A stretch of DNA of 63,535 bases from Chara braunii (taxonomy: Eukaryota; Plantae; Charophyceae): NCBI GenBank assembly GCA_003427395.1, contig BFEA01000030.1, positions 1,533,917 to 1,597,451 of the forward strand. Reading direction: 5' to 3'. The notes beneath the pieces were generated by a model that was not told the DNA's origin, made no database searches, and saw nothing but the letters and a program-made list of their open reading frames with translations. Shown piece after piece: positions 1-14,071 of the stretch; the first letter of the stretch is position 1, and every line of letters begins with the position of its first letter. Made by a program: the position numbers and the translations under genes.

Positions 1-1199
1 TTTCCACTCACCTCCTCTGGTATCTTGAAGTTGAAGTACCAATCTTGATGATGCTTATCCTTTACTTGGCTATGATTCTCTTTTTCCTCAAACCCTTCTC
101 ATCCCTCCTTCTCAGTCTCTTCCAGATGATGACAAACTCCTATCACTATTGTTATAAAGTTTTCCCCTCTTAATGAGACTCTCTCTAGCCTTTCCTTCTT
201 CCTCACAGGTTGGGGCTATGGCGGATCACCTTCCTAGGCCAGCCTCACTACCACCAGCCTCTAAAGCTCCTCCTTTTATCCCCTAGTCTCTTCTAAGTGC
301 CCCAACTGGCAGGGGTTCCCCTCTTTTCACTTCAAGTAAGAGTGGTATTTTTTTGGGTTCATGCCAACAGCATGTGCTTGCCTCATGCAAATGGGAGTGT
401 TGCGGACTGTTTCCTCATCTTATGAAGGTTGAAACCAACAGACCAACCAGCCCATAGGCCTCCCCATGTGCCTCCAAGTGAACTGAGGTACGCCCAAGGC
501 CAATTTTCACCACTAGGCCTCTCCGGGGGCACCTGAACCTCATTTTGGCCAAGTACATGCAGTCCGAGTGGTTGGTACTAACTCGGACTGCCTCTTGGGC
601 CTCCTCATGCCTCACCCCCTTCTCCAGAAATTACCCCTTTGAACAAAAATGTCCAAGGGCAGCCTCACTTGGGAGAAAAATGCCTAGAGAGTTTTTTTTT
701 CGTTTTTCTTAATTTCTACCCCATTTTTTGTAAGCCGAGGTATTTTCTCATGCCTCGGTGCTTTTTCAGCCTCGGATATGGCTGAGATCCAAGACCAGCA
801 ATATTTTGAGCTTCGCCTTGGTGATCCTTGCTTCAAATTTGAGCCCCTAAGCTCACTTTTTCAGTTTTTGGTGCATCTGACCCTCCGTTTGGGCCAAATG
901 GACAATTTTGTCTTTTTCTTTTTTTTGTTTCTTTCCGTTTTGGGCTGCCAACTCATTCCGGAGTTGGTCGTTTGAGTTGACCTGATAAAAACGACCATAT
1001 TCCCTCCTCCATGGATCTGAATCTCAGATCCATGACCCAAAAGAAAACCGGTCATTTTTCTTTTGCATTTTCTCTCAATTTTTTCTTTTTAATTCAGATT
1101 TCGCAGAGATATTGCCCCAAGGGCCACATCTTTGCAATCCGGATTTCCCTCTACTAAATCTGGAGGGATGAGGTCATAGTAGGGAGCTGCCAGTCTCTA

Positions 1200-3500
1200 C
1201 TGTGTAAGTCCCAATAGGCTGACAAATTCCCCTTCACTCTTTTCTCCCCCTTTGTCTCATTCCTCCTTCAGTTCCTCTCATTTTTCTTTTCTTTTCTTTT
1301 ATTTCTGATGTGACAATGTCAAGTGGCTGTTGAGTCTTTTTCTAGGTCATGGATCTTTATCTATGACCATATTCAGACTCAGCAGTTGACCGTTATATCT
1401 CGGATTACAATAATGACGCCCCCATGCTCAGGGGGGGCGTCATTTTATCTCCATTAGTCTCAATTTTGAATCCTCATTTGCTTTGATTTTCTTTTAACAA
1501 CCTTTTTTTTGTGTTGAGTTCCTTGGGGCTCTATTTTCTCATGCCTAGCTAGTTTGAGCTATCCCGGACTGCTGGGCAGCCCTTCCATCACCATTATTTT
1601 GTTTTTTTCCCCCTCACGACTCCTCCACTTGATCCCGCTAGGGCTTGCACCAGTGGTGCTAATATTTTTTACCGTCTAGATCTTGATCTCGGTGGTGCCG
1701 TTTGCTTTGTGACTATTCCTCATGTTGGCTTATGGTTCCCTTGGGACATCTCAACTCCCCGCCACTCTCCCCGTACTAGTTCTATTTTTTTTATCCCTCC
1801 GGTAGTTCCGCGAGCGTATATCTCATTTTTCGATAATTTTTATTTGGGCGCATTTAGTCCCCGGCATCGTCCCGGATAACGTCCCATTTTTATTTTGGGA
1901 CTTCCTTGTCCCTGTCAATTCCATTATCCCCTCCTCAAGTACCTCATGTGCGTCGATTATTCTCGGCTGCGAGATCTTCATCTCACGGTTGTCGTTTACC
2001 GTCTCTATTTGCCTCATTCCGAGATCAATCTTTTCTAGCATTTTGGATTTGTCATGGCTCATTTTCTCTTGGCCTAGGCATCCTTATGCAATTCGTTATT
2101 TTTTGGACTGCAACTGTGGTCATTTTCCTAGTCCCACAGCCCCACAACTTACCCAAAATTGAAAGGAAATGAAGAGCTCAATTTTCAAGTGCATCCGGGC
2201 TCAATATTGGCACCGGATGCACTTAAAACATGTGTTTTCCCTTCCCCATGTAGTCCGTTGTATCTCGGACTGCAGTAGGGGTCAATTTCCTAGCCCCATT
2301 GCCCACAACTAGCCCAAAACTGAAGGAAAACGAAACGACAAACTTTCAAGTGCATCCGGGTTGAATTTTGGCTCCGGATGCACCTAAAACATGTGTTTCT
2401 CTTCCCTTATGTAATCCGTTGTATCTTAGTTGCATGAGGACTTCATTTTTATTGATTTTCTGTGTAAAATCAAAAGAAACTCAAGGTCCTTTGCAACCGC
2501 CATATTCTAGAATGTGTCTGGTCACGAATGTATCTCCCCAAGTGACCGTTTTTTACCGTTAAACCACTACTTCCTTTGTCAGTTCGAAAATACTCGGTTT
2601 GCAGCCTTTCAGGAGGCCAAAACGAAACGACGGTCGTCGATAAGATTGATCAACGTCGGGCTCGGCCTCCTAAAAGTTCGGGTACTGGCCAGGACTTGTC
2701 GAAACCGGACGCCAAAGGTACTGGTTGTTTAATATTTTTTTCTCTTTTCTTTTTGTTTCTCTTTTCTTTTATTCCCCCCCCCCTCCCCTTTTTGGACAGT
2801 AGGGACCTGCAAGTCCCTACGTGTGACAGTCCCTACTGACGACCAACTCACTCACTCCCTCTCATTCCTTTTGTCTTATTCTCCCACATTTTTCGTTTCT
2901 TTTTCTTTCTTTTTCTAACATGCCAAGTGTCAAGTAGCTGTTAAGGTTTTTTCTAGGCCCTTCCTCTTAGTTTTGACCCTCCGTATGCCCATGGTGCAGT
3001 CTGTTATATCTCGGACTGCAACAGCGGCTCCCTCATGCCCATGAAAGCCTTCTTTTACCTCTATTTCTCTCACACAGTAACCCCTCATATTCCGATTTTC
3101 TCCGCCATATTCTCTCTTTTGACTCCATTTCTTGAGGGAGGCTAATCCGAGATTTTTCGGATTGCTCCCATACCTCCCCTTTCACGTTTCTTTATGTTTT
3201 ATTTTCCCTATTGTATTTATGTTTGCTCCCACTAGTGCTTGCACTAGTGGGGTTAATATTCTTGGCCGTCAAGATCTTAATCTTGACGGTACATCCTGCT
3301 TTAATTATTTTTCCCTCATGTCGCTCCACAATCCTTCTTGAGGCCTTCTCATGTCCCCGCCTCTTGTCCCGCGCTAGTCCTCGACACTTGTCCCGCCTAG
3401 TGGTTCCGCCGGTACTTATCCCGCTGGCGGTCCCGCTGACACTTATCCCGCCGTTGGTCCCGTCGATATTTTATCCCGGATACCATTATTTTTACTTAGC
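1200..3500. repeat. Diverged internal direct repeats (~1200-1900 vs ~2810-3500; ~165 bp tandem at 2100-2420) in a T-rich non-coding repeat, probably the 3' internal region of a large LTR element
   Basis: Collinear shared blocks, e.g. TGTCAAGTRGCTGTT at ~1317 and ~2927, TTATATCTCGGA at ~1392 and ~3004, GCTTGCACYAGTGG at ~1643 and ~3237; followed by a purine tract at ~4125-4145. Confidence 0.5.
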
Positions 3501-4295
3501 CCCACGTGGTCCCTGATACTTTTCTTCATGGTATCCCGATTTCTTTTGGCGTCTACCGCCCTGTGGTGGCCCCCTTTCTCTGTCTTTTCTCGAGCCTTAC
3601 GTGCGCCGGTCTCCCCGGTCACGGAGCCTCAAATGCATGATTTTCGTTATTGTCGTTGGTGGCCCCCACGTTGGACCCTCATTTTCTAGTGTCCCGCGAC
3701 CACCAAGGTTGTTCACCTTTCGGCTTCACTATTCTCTTGTCATCTGTCGCGCCTCGCTTGCTCAGTTCATGACCCCTCGGGTCCTTGCCATGCCGAATTC
3801 GAATGACCCTCCTGGCCTCATGCTATGCCCCTATGCGCCCACGTCCTGTTACTCACTTGCTTGTCATTGCCGGGTCCTTCACCTTGCAGTGCTCAGCCCA
3901 GGGCATCATTCCTCCCGACGGTCCCGTCCTAGTCCTTTGCCTTTTCTCTCTCTCTTGTCTCCTTTTTCTGAATTTCTTTGCCGTGCACAACTTAGCTATA
4001 TACTGACTCTCATGTGTCAGGATGTTATTTGAAATCTACAGGTCCCGACACATTTCCCCCACTCATTCGCGATGTCCTCATCGCTCATCGCGCACTAGTT
4101 TTCTGTCAGTAGGAGGGTTTAGAGGGATATATGGGAGAGAGGGGGTGAGACGTAATAGGTAGTTCGTTTGCTAGGGTCCTTTTTGTCTTTTTTTGTTCCT
4201 TTCCCAAGGTTTCTTCTAGTCTCCGCTCCTTGGGGCGAAGACGGGTGCGTGGGGGGATCAAGTTCTCTTTTAGGCGCTTCTTCAAACTTCTTCTG

Positions 4296-4585
4296 TCTCA
4301 TTCATCACCCTTAGTAAATCAGGCCTTTCGTCTCATTCATCACCCTTAGTACATTAAGTATTTCGTCTTATTCATCACCCTTAGTACATCCAACCTTTCG
4401 TCTCATTCATCACCCTTAGTACATCAAACTTTTCGTCTTATTCATCACCCTTAGTACATCTGACTTTTTGTTTCATTGATCACCCTGAGTACATCAAATC
4501 TTTCGTCTCATTCATCACCCTTAGTACATCAGACTTTTCGTCTTATTCATTACCCTTACTACATCAAACCTTTTGTCTCCTCTCA
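4296..4585. repeat. 35-bp minisatellite, ~8 copies (TCTCATTCATCACCCTTAGTACATC...TTTCG)
   Basis: Unit starts at 4296, 4331, 4366 and onward. Confidence 0.9.
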
Positions 4586-4789
4586 TCCCATTTTTCACTC
4601 ATTCTCAAGCAATCCCTTCCCGTGCCTTTCATGATCATTTTGCTAGGCCTCTTGGGTCATTCTCAGCTATTCCTTGCAACCCCTCAATCTGTCCTCCTAG
4701 CTTTCGCAACTCCTTCTTAGACAAGTCGTTGCATGGCTTCTCTGGTCATTTCTTAGGTATGTGTCCAGACAATTTCTTATACAATCTCT

Positions 4790-5190
4790 TTAGGCGATTT
4801 TGCCAGGCCTTTCTCAAGTCGCAAGTTCTTATCAATTTCACATACGTCTTTTTCCGGAAACTTTGTCAGACCTTTCTCAAGCCCAATGCTTAATCAATTT
4901 CACATGCATATTTTTTTAAACATCTTGCTAGACTTTTCTCAAGCCCAAGCTCAATCAACTTCACATGCATATTTTTCTGGACATCTTGATAGACTTTTCT
5001 CAAGCCCAAGCTCAATCAATTTCACATGCATATTTTTCTGGACATCTTGCCAGACCTTTCTCAAGCCTAAGCTCAATCAACTTCACATGCATCTTTTTCT
5101 GGACATCTTGCCACACCTTTCTCAAACCCAAGCTTAATCAGTTTCACATGCATCTTTTTCTTGACATTTTGCCAGACGTTTCTCAAGCCC
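4790..5190. repeat. ~61-bp minisatellite, ~6-7 copies
   Basis: A CTCAAGCC-like motif recurs at 4876, 4938, 4999, 5060, 5121 and 5182. Confidence 0.9.
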
Positions 5191-6099
5191 ATAACAACCT
5201 TGTCAGTCTGACTGCTGTTCTTTTTATTGCACGTTTTTTCATCGGTACATGGCACACCTTCCCCCACTCAAAATGCGATGTTCTCATCGCACGACTGGTT
5301 CTCACTCGGAGGTACGGAACCTTGGCTCACCAACTGAGTCAAGAACGCCTGCCCACCTGCTTCTAGAAGGAAGGGTGATCGTTCCCTCCTCGGCAGACAA
5401 CACCTCATTCTTCTACTTATATCGGTTTTTTGTTATTACGAGATGGGTGTCATTGCTTAAGTACCACCTCACTTCTGGCAGGTTGGTCCAGTCCAAGCCT
5501 CTCAGGACCCCGTCTTGCCGTAAAGGCATCCCCCGCGAATCGTTCCTCCCGAGTGATATTTTCTTGGATCCGGCCTCTTTCTATTAGTCTGCGAGTGCAG
5601 TTACGAAGGTCTCGCAGTTAGTTCCGGAACGGTTGTAATGATCTGGCAAGGCGGTGTCAATGCCCTGTGGTGGGTGCAGACTCCATTCGGTACATCGCAT
5701 GACCCCTCTCCTTGGACAGTGCTGCTCAACTTAATGTGAGCAACCTTGGTCTATCCCAAGCGGCCACGCCGCCCCTCTACGCTATGACGTGTGGTTGGGG
5801 AAGGCAAATGAGACTAGAAAAAAAATTGTTGTAACCAAAGTTTGCAACTGGGATTTTTAGGAATACCTATACCTGACCTAACCACACCCTCTTTGAAAAC
5901 CAACCACCCATACCCACTGTATACCTGGCCTGTCGGACCTTTACCCATCTCCACCTGTTAAAAAAAAAAAAAAACATACCCTGACCTACCCTACCTTAAC
6001 CTCTTCAGCATGTAACTGACTATACCTACCCATGAACAATTTTTTTCAAAACCACCCATGGCCACCTGAACACGTAACCACCCGTACTCGTCGTCCACC

Positions 6100-6275
6100 C
6101 TTCCCTAAACGCCCATAACCGCCCCTAACTGTCCTTAACAACCCTTGACTGTCCCTAACCGCCCTTAACTGTCCCTAACCGTCCCCAACCGGCCCTAACT
6201 TTTTTTTTTTTTTTTTTTTTACCATCCCTAACCGCCCCAAATTGTTCTTAACCGCCCCCAATTATTCCCAACCTC
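6100..6275. repeat. 10-bp degenerate tandem repeat (CCCTAACYGY) within a CCTACC/ACCC-rich non-autonomous repeat (~5860-7100)
   Basis: Directly visible; the surrounding sequence is rich in TACCC/GGGTA motifs with a hairpin near 7030-7090. Confidence 0.7.
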
Positions 6276-6486
6276 CTACCCGTCACAGGATAGATGTGGT
6301 AGGTTTTATTATTATTAATATTATTATCTTATTTTATTTTTTTCGAGATGTGGCAGCTGTTGCAGCGACTGCCACAAAAGCAACAGTTTACATCTCGTCA
6401 TTCTGATGCTGCTATGGATTCATCTGGTGCTACAACAGCCTATGCAACCTGTATAGCATCACCAAATACAACCCTCGATCTGTCGC

Positions 6487-6523
6487 ACACACATACACTC
6501 TCACACACACACACATATGCATG

Positions 6524-6590
<67 letters not shown>
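6487..6590. repeat. (CA)n microsatellite
   Basis: Direct observation. Confidence 0.95.
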
Positions 6591-6593
<3 letters not shown>

Positions 6594-8720
6594 TATTACA
6601 TACACAAGGTTACACACATATGAAAATACTTTGAAAATTTGAAAAACAAAAAATAAAAAATAAAGAGATATAAAATTCACCCTTGCGAGAAAAAACGTTT
6701 GCATCATGGGAAAGTGAGAAATTTGCAATATGGGAAAAGTGTCACTCTTGAGTAAAAATACAAAGCCCGCAAAGCTACAAGACTCACATGGGGTATAGCA
6801 CGGTTACCTGACTGGAACCTCTACCCGCCCGTACCCACCCCCTTTTTTTTTGGCTACCCGTACCTACCCATACCCGTCTATTTTTTTTTCTGGCCGTCCA
6901 TACCCATTTTTTTTTTTTTTACCCCTACCTGCCCCTACCCACCCATGATCCCCACAAAGGGCAGTCGTGCCCGCCCTAACAACCACCACCTTTTGTTTGT
7001 GCCTGCCCATACCCAAGTCCCCCCTCAAAAGGGGTACCCATACCCACCCGTAACCTGGCGGTTACAGTTGGGTACGGCTGGGTACATGTAACGGTTACTT
7101 ATTAGCGCTCTCTGGTTGTGACACACGACGCATGTGCGAAGGGCATGTGTGAAGATGGTGAGAGAGAGAGAGAGAGGAGATGGACAGACACGAGAAGCAA
7201 CAACTGAGTGAAGATCCAATCCGACTGAATGAACGAATGAGGAATCAATGAACCAACTGACTCCCTGGACCTGGGCCCAGGCCGAAGTGATATACCGGCC
7301 TGGGTCGAGGCACAGGAATCAACTTGGTACCGGGCCAGGGTCAGGGCGACGGCCTGAAACTGCTCCGGCCTCACTGCCGGCCCGTAGGGGTACCGCTACA
7401 TGATCCTCGGACCTGTGAATGGATCAAGCGATATATCAAACATGCTATTCGCTGAAATAACGGAAACCCAAAAGGAACCACAAAGGAAACAATCCTAGAT
7501 GCGGAGCAAGCTCCATGCAAGAAAAGAGATGCAATGCAGACTAAGCCTCAAGCCTAATCTATGCAATAATATATGGTCTTGAGTCGTCCCAAAAAGCAAC
7601 AAAATGTCTGACCTGTGTCGGTTAAGAAAGAGAAAAATGTCTGACCTTGTCGGCCAAGAAAGAGAAAAATGTCTCATGAGCCAAAGTGGCTGAATATAAA
7701 TCAACATCAGGGCCCTAAAGACCAAAGAAACTAAACCAATGTCCTAAGTCAAAAAAGAATGTGACGCAGTCTCACGTGCCCTGTACACAATGCACAATAC
7801 CTGAACAAAAGAGAAGGGAACTCAGTCGCATGGCAGAGGTAAAAATGGGTGGGAAGGCGGCAGGTACAACTCTCAGAGTAAACTCCAAGGGGGCACCCAC
7901 ACAACCAGGTAAGGGTCATCGGGCTGAGAGGGAGAGTAACAACACGGCATCGGGATCAATGAAAACCATCAAACGGGTACCACTAGCTGAAAGGGGGAAG
8001 GACACTCACACAAGGGATCACACATAAGGTGAGTCTGGAAGGAGAGAGGGCTATGCCGACATAGACACGTGGCCAAAAACCGCGAGCAAAGAACACGTAC
8101 ACTCCAGAGGAGGGCGCGCAGCATACGGTAAGGCAGAAGGGCGACAAACGAACACACCCACATAGACAGGGAAAATAAGGGTCATCATGCGACTGAAGGG
8201 TAAGCTCGAGGGTGGTAGATAGGTGGGAATGATAGGAACTCTGTAGCCGAAAAAGTGAAGCAGTCCAATTGATGAGTCTCCAGACTGAAGTCGAACCGAA
8301 GTAGCCTGAATGAAGTAGGAGTACCGCAAGAACCGAGTAGACGTCCGGAACAATGCGACAGGTACTCTGGTACTGAGAAGAAACACTGAGGCCGGAAGTC
8401 GAATGTAGAAGCTGAATATAGAAGCCGAATATAGAAGCCGAATATAGAAGCCGAATGTAGAAGCCGAATGTAGAAGATGAAGTCGGGAGCTGCTGCATAA
8501 GTGTCCAAGAATAGTAAAAGATAAAGAGCGTATAGGGGGTGTATATCAGTTACGATAGCGAGAAGGAAGTCAATGGGTACGCTGAGGGCGAGAGGGGTCA
8601 ACTGCAACAACAGGCGGAACCACATCCACAGGGGAAGGAGGACCTGAGGCGGGTACCGGTGGAGCAGGAGGACCCATCGATGGAGGAGGGGGAATGTTAG
8701 TGGTCGCTGAGGTAGATAGG

Positions 8721-9780
8721 TCAGTGGGAGAACGAGAAGTAGGAGGGAATGACGATGAAAGGGAAAGGGTGAGCACGATCGTAAGCACGCACGAAAGTCA
8801 TGGCATGCTTCAGGTGCTCGAGAGGCTCCCAAGTAGACTCCTCGTCAGGATAACCCTTCCATCGAACGAGATACTTGAGGCGGGGAGGGTCGCCATCATT
8901 CATACGCTGGGACGCGATATTAGAGACGATAAACTCCTCGTGACCCTTAATGATGATCGGAGAGGGGCGAGGGTAAGGTCGACCGTGGAACTCGGGAGGA
9001 GACCGTCTGAAGGGGGGCAAAAGAGATATATGGAACACGTCATGTAAGTTAACGCGGTACATGGAATCGGGGAGCTTCAATTTGAAGCTCACCGGACAAT
9101 CATGATTGGGTCCGGCGGGTGCAAGAATGGTGCATGGTTCGATACATCGACGTCTGAATTTTCGAAGCGTGTCAGCTTCAGGCTGGAAGTGACGTGCGTC
9201 GACAAGAACCTCGTTCCCAACTTTAAAGGGATGGTCGATGCGAGAGCGGTTAGCGCGAGTGGCCATGCGAGCCTGGGAGTCAGCAATGCTCTCGTAAGCC
9301 TTGCTAAAAAGCACATCCATCTCCTTTACCCAGTCATCAAGGGCAGGGCATTTGGTGTCGGGATGAATTGAGATGGACGGAGAAGGTCGGATGGGACACG
9401 AGGGTGGTATCCCAAGTCACAGTCGTAGGGAGACATGCCAGTGGTAGGTGAAATAGCATGGTTATAAGCAATTTCTTTGTGAGCAAGGTGGAGATCCCAA
9501 TCAAAGTCATTCTCAACAAACTTCTTGAGGATACTGCCAAGAGTTTTGTTGGTGACCTTGGTATGTCCATCTAACTGGGGGTGATAGGAGGAGGAGAGGC
9601 GGAGCTCGGAGCCATAGATCTCATGGAGTCCACGCCAGAAATAAGAAGTAAAGCGGGGATTGAGATCAGAGACGATGCTAGTGGGGAGACCGTGATGAAT
9701 GGCAATACGGTTGAAGTATAGGGAGGCGATGTCTTTGGCTGAACTAACATACTTGCAAGGGAGGTCTTCATGCGTTATGA
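8721..9780 (-). pseudogene. Chromoviral Ty3/gypsy integrase C-terminus with a canonical (group I) chromodomain, frameshifted
   Basis: ORF 8721-9320: FKVGNEVLV...LHDVFHISLL (integrase C-terminal/GPY-F-like region) then EEFIVSNI...KYLVRWKGYPDEESTWEPLEHL. Integrase-core remnants lie in the broken frames at 9337-9771. Confidence 0.9.
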
Positions 9781-12700
9781 GCTGAATGGTGAAGTCGGAG
9801 TTAGTAGAGGGTTAGCGGATTAGAAGGAGGCGGAAAAAAACATTGCGCAAGGCTATGGCAAATGAGGAGATATGGCGGGAACAGAAAGGGAATGCCCCAA
9901 TCGATTTTCAGTGCAATCGGGCGAGATAGAAGGGGTAAATGGGGGTTCCGACGGTAGGCGAATCTGGCGATGAAGTGAGGAACTAGAGTTAGTGGTCGGT
10001 TTCTCAGGTACTAGAGTTGGAGCTGCGCACTGGGAGAGCGATTTCGGAGTAATGACGAATACTTCCGCGTTTCAGCGAAAGATACATTCTCATTCTGACC
10101 GGGAGATAATAGGAGTGCATTTGAGAGGCAGAGAAAGGGGGTATACTCACCTGGAGAGCTGCTAATACGCGCGGACCGAGTGTCAAGCACAGGGCTTTTG
10201 TCCGACACCGATTTCGGTCGACGCGATGTAACTTCTCACTTTTCAGGGAAGATCCACTCTCGCTTAGCACGGGTGACGAATGGTGGAGGCTGGCATGTGC
10301 CCGCCCGCAACAGACTTATTTCTTACGCCTGCTATCGTGGTTCTAGTTGAGTACAGTAGGAGGGGAGAAGCAAGACGGCAGTGGGCTGCGGAACCCTCAT
10401 ACTTGCCTACCCGTGAAAACACCGCTCACCCCAACGGGCAGGAGCAGCGGAGAGCGGAGCAACGAGGCTGTATGTCGGACGCTCTGCTTAATTGGGGAGC
10501 GCGCTACTCACCCTGCTGATAGTAGTAACGAGGGACAAATTGTGACACAGAGACCTACCTGCTGAGCCAGAATGCAGCCATCCTGCTATGTAGCAGGCAA
10601 CCTGCTGACAGGTGCGCTGCTTAGATAACGGGCGTTTGTACTCAAGCGTGACCGACTGCGTAGCCAGTTGAGCGAAGGGGTTGTAAGCCGGGCCGGAAAG
10701 TTGCAAGCTTACCCAATTGTTGGTAAGGTGGTTGTCCTGCTAACTGGAGGAGTAAGGGGGAAAGTCGACTAAGCGAGGTGGTTAAGTTCTTTTCTTTGAC
10801 GGAGATCATCACTGCGGATTGTGAGGTCGTTAGGGAGTCAGCGGCTCGGAGTTTGACTTCGGATTGGTCGAGTGATGTCAGTCAAAATGTAACAAGGAAT
10901 ACAAATAAGGGTTATAACTAGGTTTATAAAGGGAAAGCAATGGTTACCTTTCAATTCCCTGCCTCTAGAACTCCTCCTGAGTTCCGGCAGAGCTCCCGCA
11001 ACGGTGGGTTGACTCCCCACAGAGTCTTGCTGCGGTCCTACAGGTTGCAATCCTGCCTGCCGCCTTCCTCTCGTAACAGGACTAGACTTAGATGAAGAAG
11101 GATAGAAAGAGAAAGTTCAAGTGTCTCAGATCTAAGGAGGATGCGCTCATACTCGCGTGAGAGGGCCTTGTTATCTTCAAGCGTCTGAGGGCCCCGCAAT
11201 GGTGGCCAAAACGGGCGGGTGGGTGGGTGGCAGGCTGGCAGGCAGGCAGGTGTGTGTGTGTGNNNNNNNNNNNNNNNNNNNNNNNNNNNNNNNNNNNNNN
11301 NNNNNNNNNNNNNNNNNNNNNNNNNNNNNNNNNNNNNNNNNNNNNNNNNNNNNNNNNNNNNNNNNNNNNNNNNNNNNNNNNNNNNNNNNNNNNNNNNNNN
11401 NNNNNNNNNNNNNNNNNNNNNNNNNNNNNNNNNNNNNNNNNNNNNNNNNNNNNNNNNNNNNNNNNNNNNNNNNNNNNNNNNNNNNNNNNNNNNNNNNNNN
11501 NNNNNNNNNNNNNNNNNNNNNNNNNNNAGAGGGAAACGACGACAAAAGGAAGAAAAAAGGCCGCTGTAGAAGGGGGAAAAAAAAAAAAAAAGGCCGCGAC
11601 AGCGGGAAACGGCGAAAAAAAAAGAAAAAAAAAGGCCACTGCAGCGGGAAACGATGAAAACAAAAAGAAAAAAAATGCCGTGGCAGCGAAAAACGACGAA
11701 AACAAAAGGAAAAAAAAAGTTTGTGGCAGGGGGAAACAACAAACTGTGAAGGGGAACGAAAACCAACAAAAGAAAAAAAAATGGAAAACGACGACCGAAA
11801 AACAGAAAGAAAAAAAAGTATGCCTTGCCCGCTTATCAGACGGCGGGCGCGTCTAGATATTCATCCGCATCGACGCTGGCCGTGTACCCGGCCCCGTGGG
11901 CGCTCTCTCTCGTTTAGTGGCGCGCTGTGAACAATTCGGTATGCGCGCCACTCTGCACGCCCACTCGCCCTCGATCGCCTTCATCCGCCGGCCCGCACCG
12001 AAACTTCGACCCGATTCCGGCGTGCAGCGGACCTCCCCCCCAACGGCCAATGCTGCTTAAGATGTAGGATAAAAATGTTTGGGCTCGGTTGACTTTGGGC
12101 CGCGTTCGGGCTCGGTGCCGAGCGTTCGGGTTTGGTCACCGGGCCCGAACGTGATGCTACGCAGCTTTCCCATATCACCTATTGCCTCACTATACCCACT
12201 AACAGACTGTTCACTTCCTGCCATTTATAATTCATTACCAACAGATTACATATCACCCACCATTTAGCACCTATTGCCGATTGCCTATTGCCTACTGCCT
12301 ATTGCCTATTGCCTCAAAAACCCATATATGTATCCCCTATTATCCCCTATTATCCATTTTCATGAGAACAACCATGATTCATTATTAACTGATTTGCAAA
12401 CTGTATCCGATCCGCTGTCAGGGGGAGGTTGTTTAAAGTGATGGGCCTGATGCTGCCCCACATCAGTCTGACACTCTCGATAAACTCCGCCTGTTTCCAC
12501 CTCCTGTTGTTACCTGCCACATGTTAAGATGCGTTCATTTACAGAATGAGTATCATTGGCGAGGATTTTCCGGCACTTCGTCACTGTGTGGAATTCTGGC
12601 AATGCTCGACTTGTTTGGTTCGTTGCTTTTCCCGCTGGGATAGACGAGCGGGTTAAGATGCATTCTTCTGAACACGAAAAATCAGTGAAGTTGCAATACT

Positions 12701-14071
12701 TTTTCCCTTGGCCGGCTCATGGCAGAGTGGCAAAAGTGGTGAATGTGGCGAAACATCGCGGCAATTATTTGACAGTTGAAATAAATTTTATGTTTTTTCT
12801 GGATTTTTTTCCTGAGCAGATCACAACCTAATCTACAGGATCTCAAGCTTTCAGATACGCACTCGCGTTATTCTGGGCACGACAAAATTGCCAAAGTTGC
12901 CACTTGAAAGTTTTTTTTTGCTCACGGTCGCCCGCATCTTCTTAAAACCCAGCCCCTGACCCTGGGCCATCTTGAGGTACCACACACAGGCCCACACCCA
13001 CACCTAGCCCCAGGTCCAGGATTCAGGCCCACACCCCTTTTTTTTCCAGACTTTTTGGAAACCTCGACGCTGAGGCCCATGCCCAGGATTCTGGCACCAG
13101 ACCCAATTTTCAGGCCCTAATCTTCTTATTTTTTTCCCAAAATGCACAGGCCCAGGCCATCTGTTTTTTTATTTCTTGGAAGATAAGGGTCCAAGCCCGA
13201 CGTGGGGTGGGGGGGGCAGGCCCCCACAACGTAAAAAAAAAAAGAGAGATGGATATTCTTAACTATTTATTATTCATGCACATTTCTTAGTGCCCGCGGT
13301 GCGGGTTTTGTGTGTGGTGAAGCAAAATACCGATCCAAGTCCGACGTGGCCCGCAACTTGAAAAAAAAATATATATTCTTAACAATCTTAACTTTTTATT
13401 AGAAAAACAATTCATGCGATTTTTATTTTTTTATTTTTTTATTTTTATTTTTAACAACCCGATCGGCCGTCGGGGAGGCACCATCTATTGGTGGGGAGCA
13501 TCACCTGCTGGAAATCGGGTCCAGCGTCCCTGTAGAGTACAATGTCAGAAATGAAAGCTTTTTTTTTTATTATTATTATTTTTATTATTTTTTTTTGAAA
13601 GGCTCCAGTCTATTCGTGGGGAGCAGCACGTGCTGGGAACCGGGCCCAGCGTCCCATATGAACAAATGAAAGCTATGAAACGAAAGCAATGCAATTATGA
13701 GTTGTCAGTATGATATAGGGGTTAGCGGCCCAGGTGCGGTTTTTGTGTGTTGTGAAGCAAGATTTGGATCCAAGTCCGACGTGGTGGTGGGGGTGGGGGG
13801 GTGCTTGAAAAAAAAAAAAAAAAGAATGGAGATTCTAAACTATTATTAAAAGACGAAGAAAATGTTCATGCACATTTGTTAGCAGGCAAGGTGCGGATTT
13901 GGTGTGTGGTGAAGCAACGTATGGATCCAAGTCCGACACATGCCCACAACTTGGGGAAAAAAAGCAGTATATTCTGAAGAATCGTAATTATTTATTAGAA
14001 AAAAAAAGAGAAAACTACGGTGGGGTCAGGGTAAAAGTTTGAAAATGCATTTGAAACAGCACTTTCGCAGT

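Larger units (their letters stand above)
4146..5616 (+). mobile_element. Putative 3' LTR of an LTR retrotransposon
   Basis: A purine tract GGGAGAGAGGGGG immediately precedes TGAGACGTAA; an imperfect inverted end TTACGAAGGTCTCGCA lies at ~5601-5616. There is no second copy in the window to confirm it. Confidence 0.4.

Noticed and set aside
4296-4585. CRISPR-like array
   Set aside because: The units are contiguous 35-bp tandem copies with no unique spacers and no cas genes, in a eukaryotic context.
7117-7400. LTR (TGTGAC...CTACA) for the minus-strand chromovirus fragment
   Set aside because: There is no adjacent PPT or second copy to support the boundaries.
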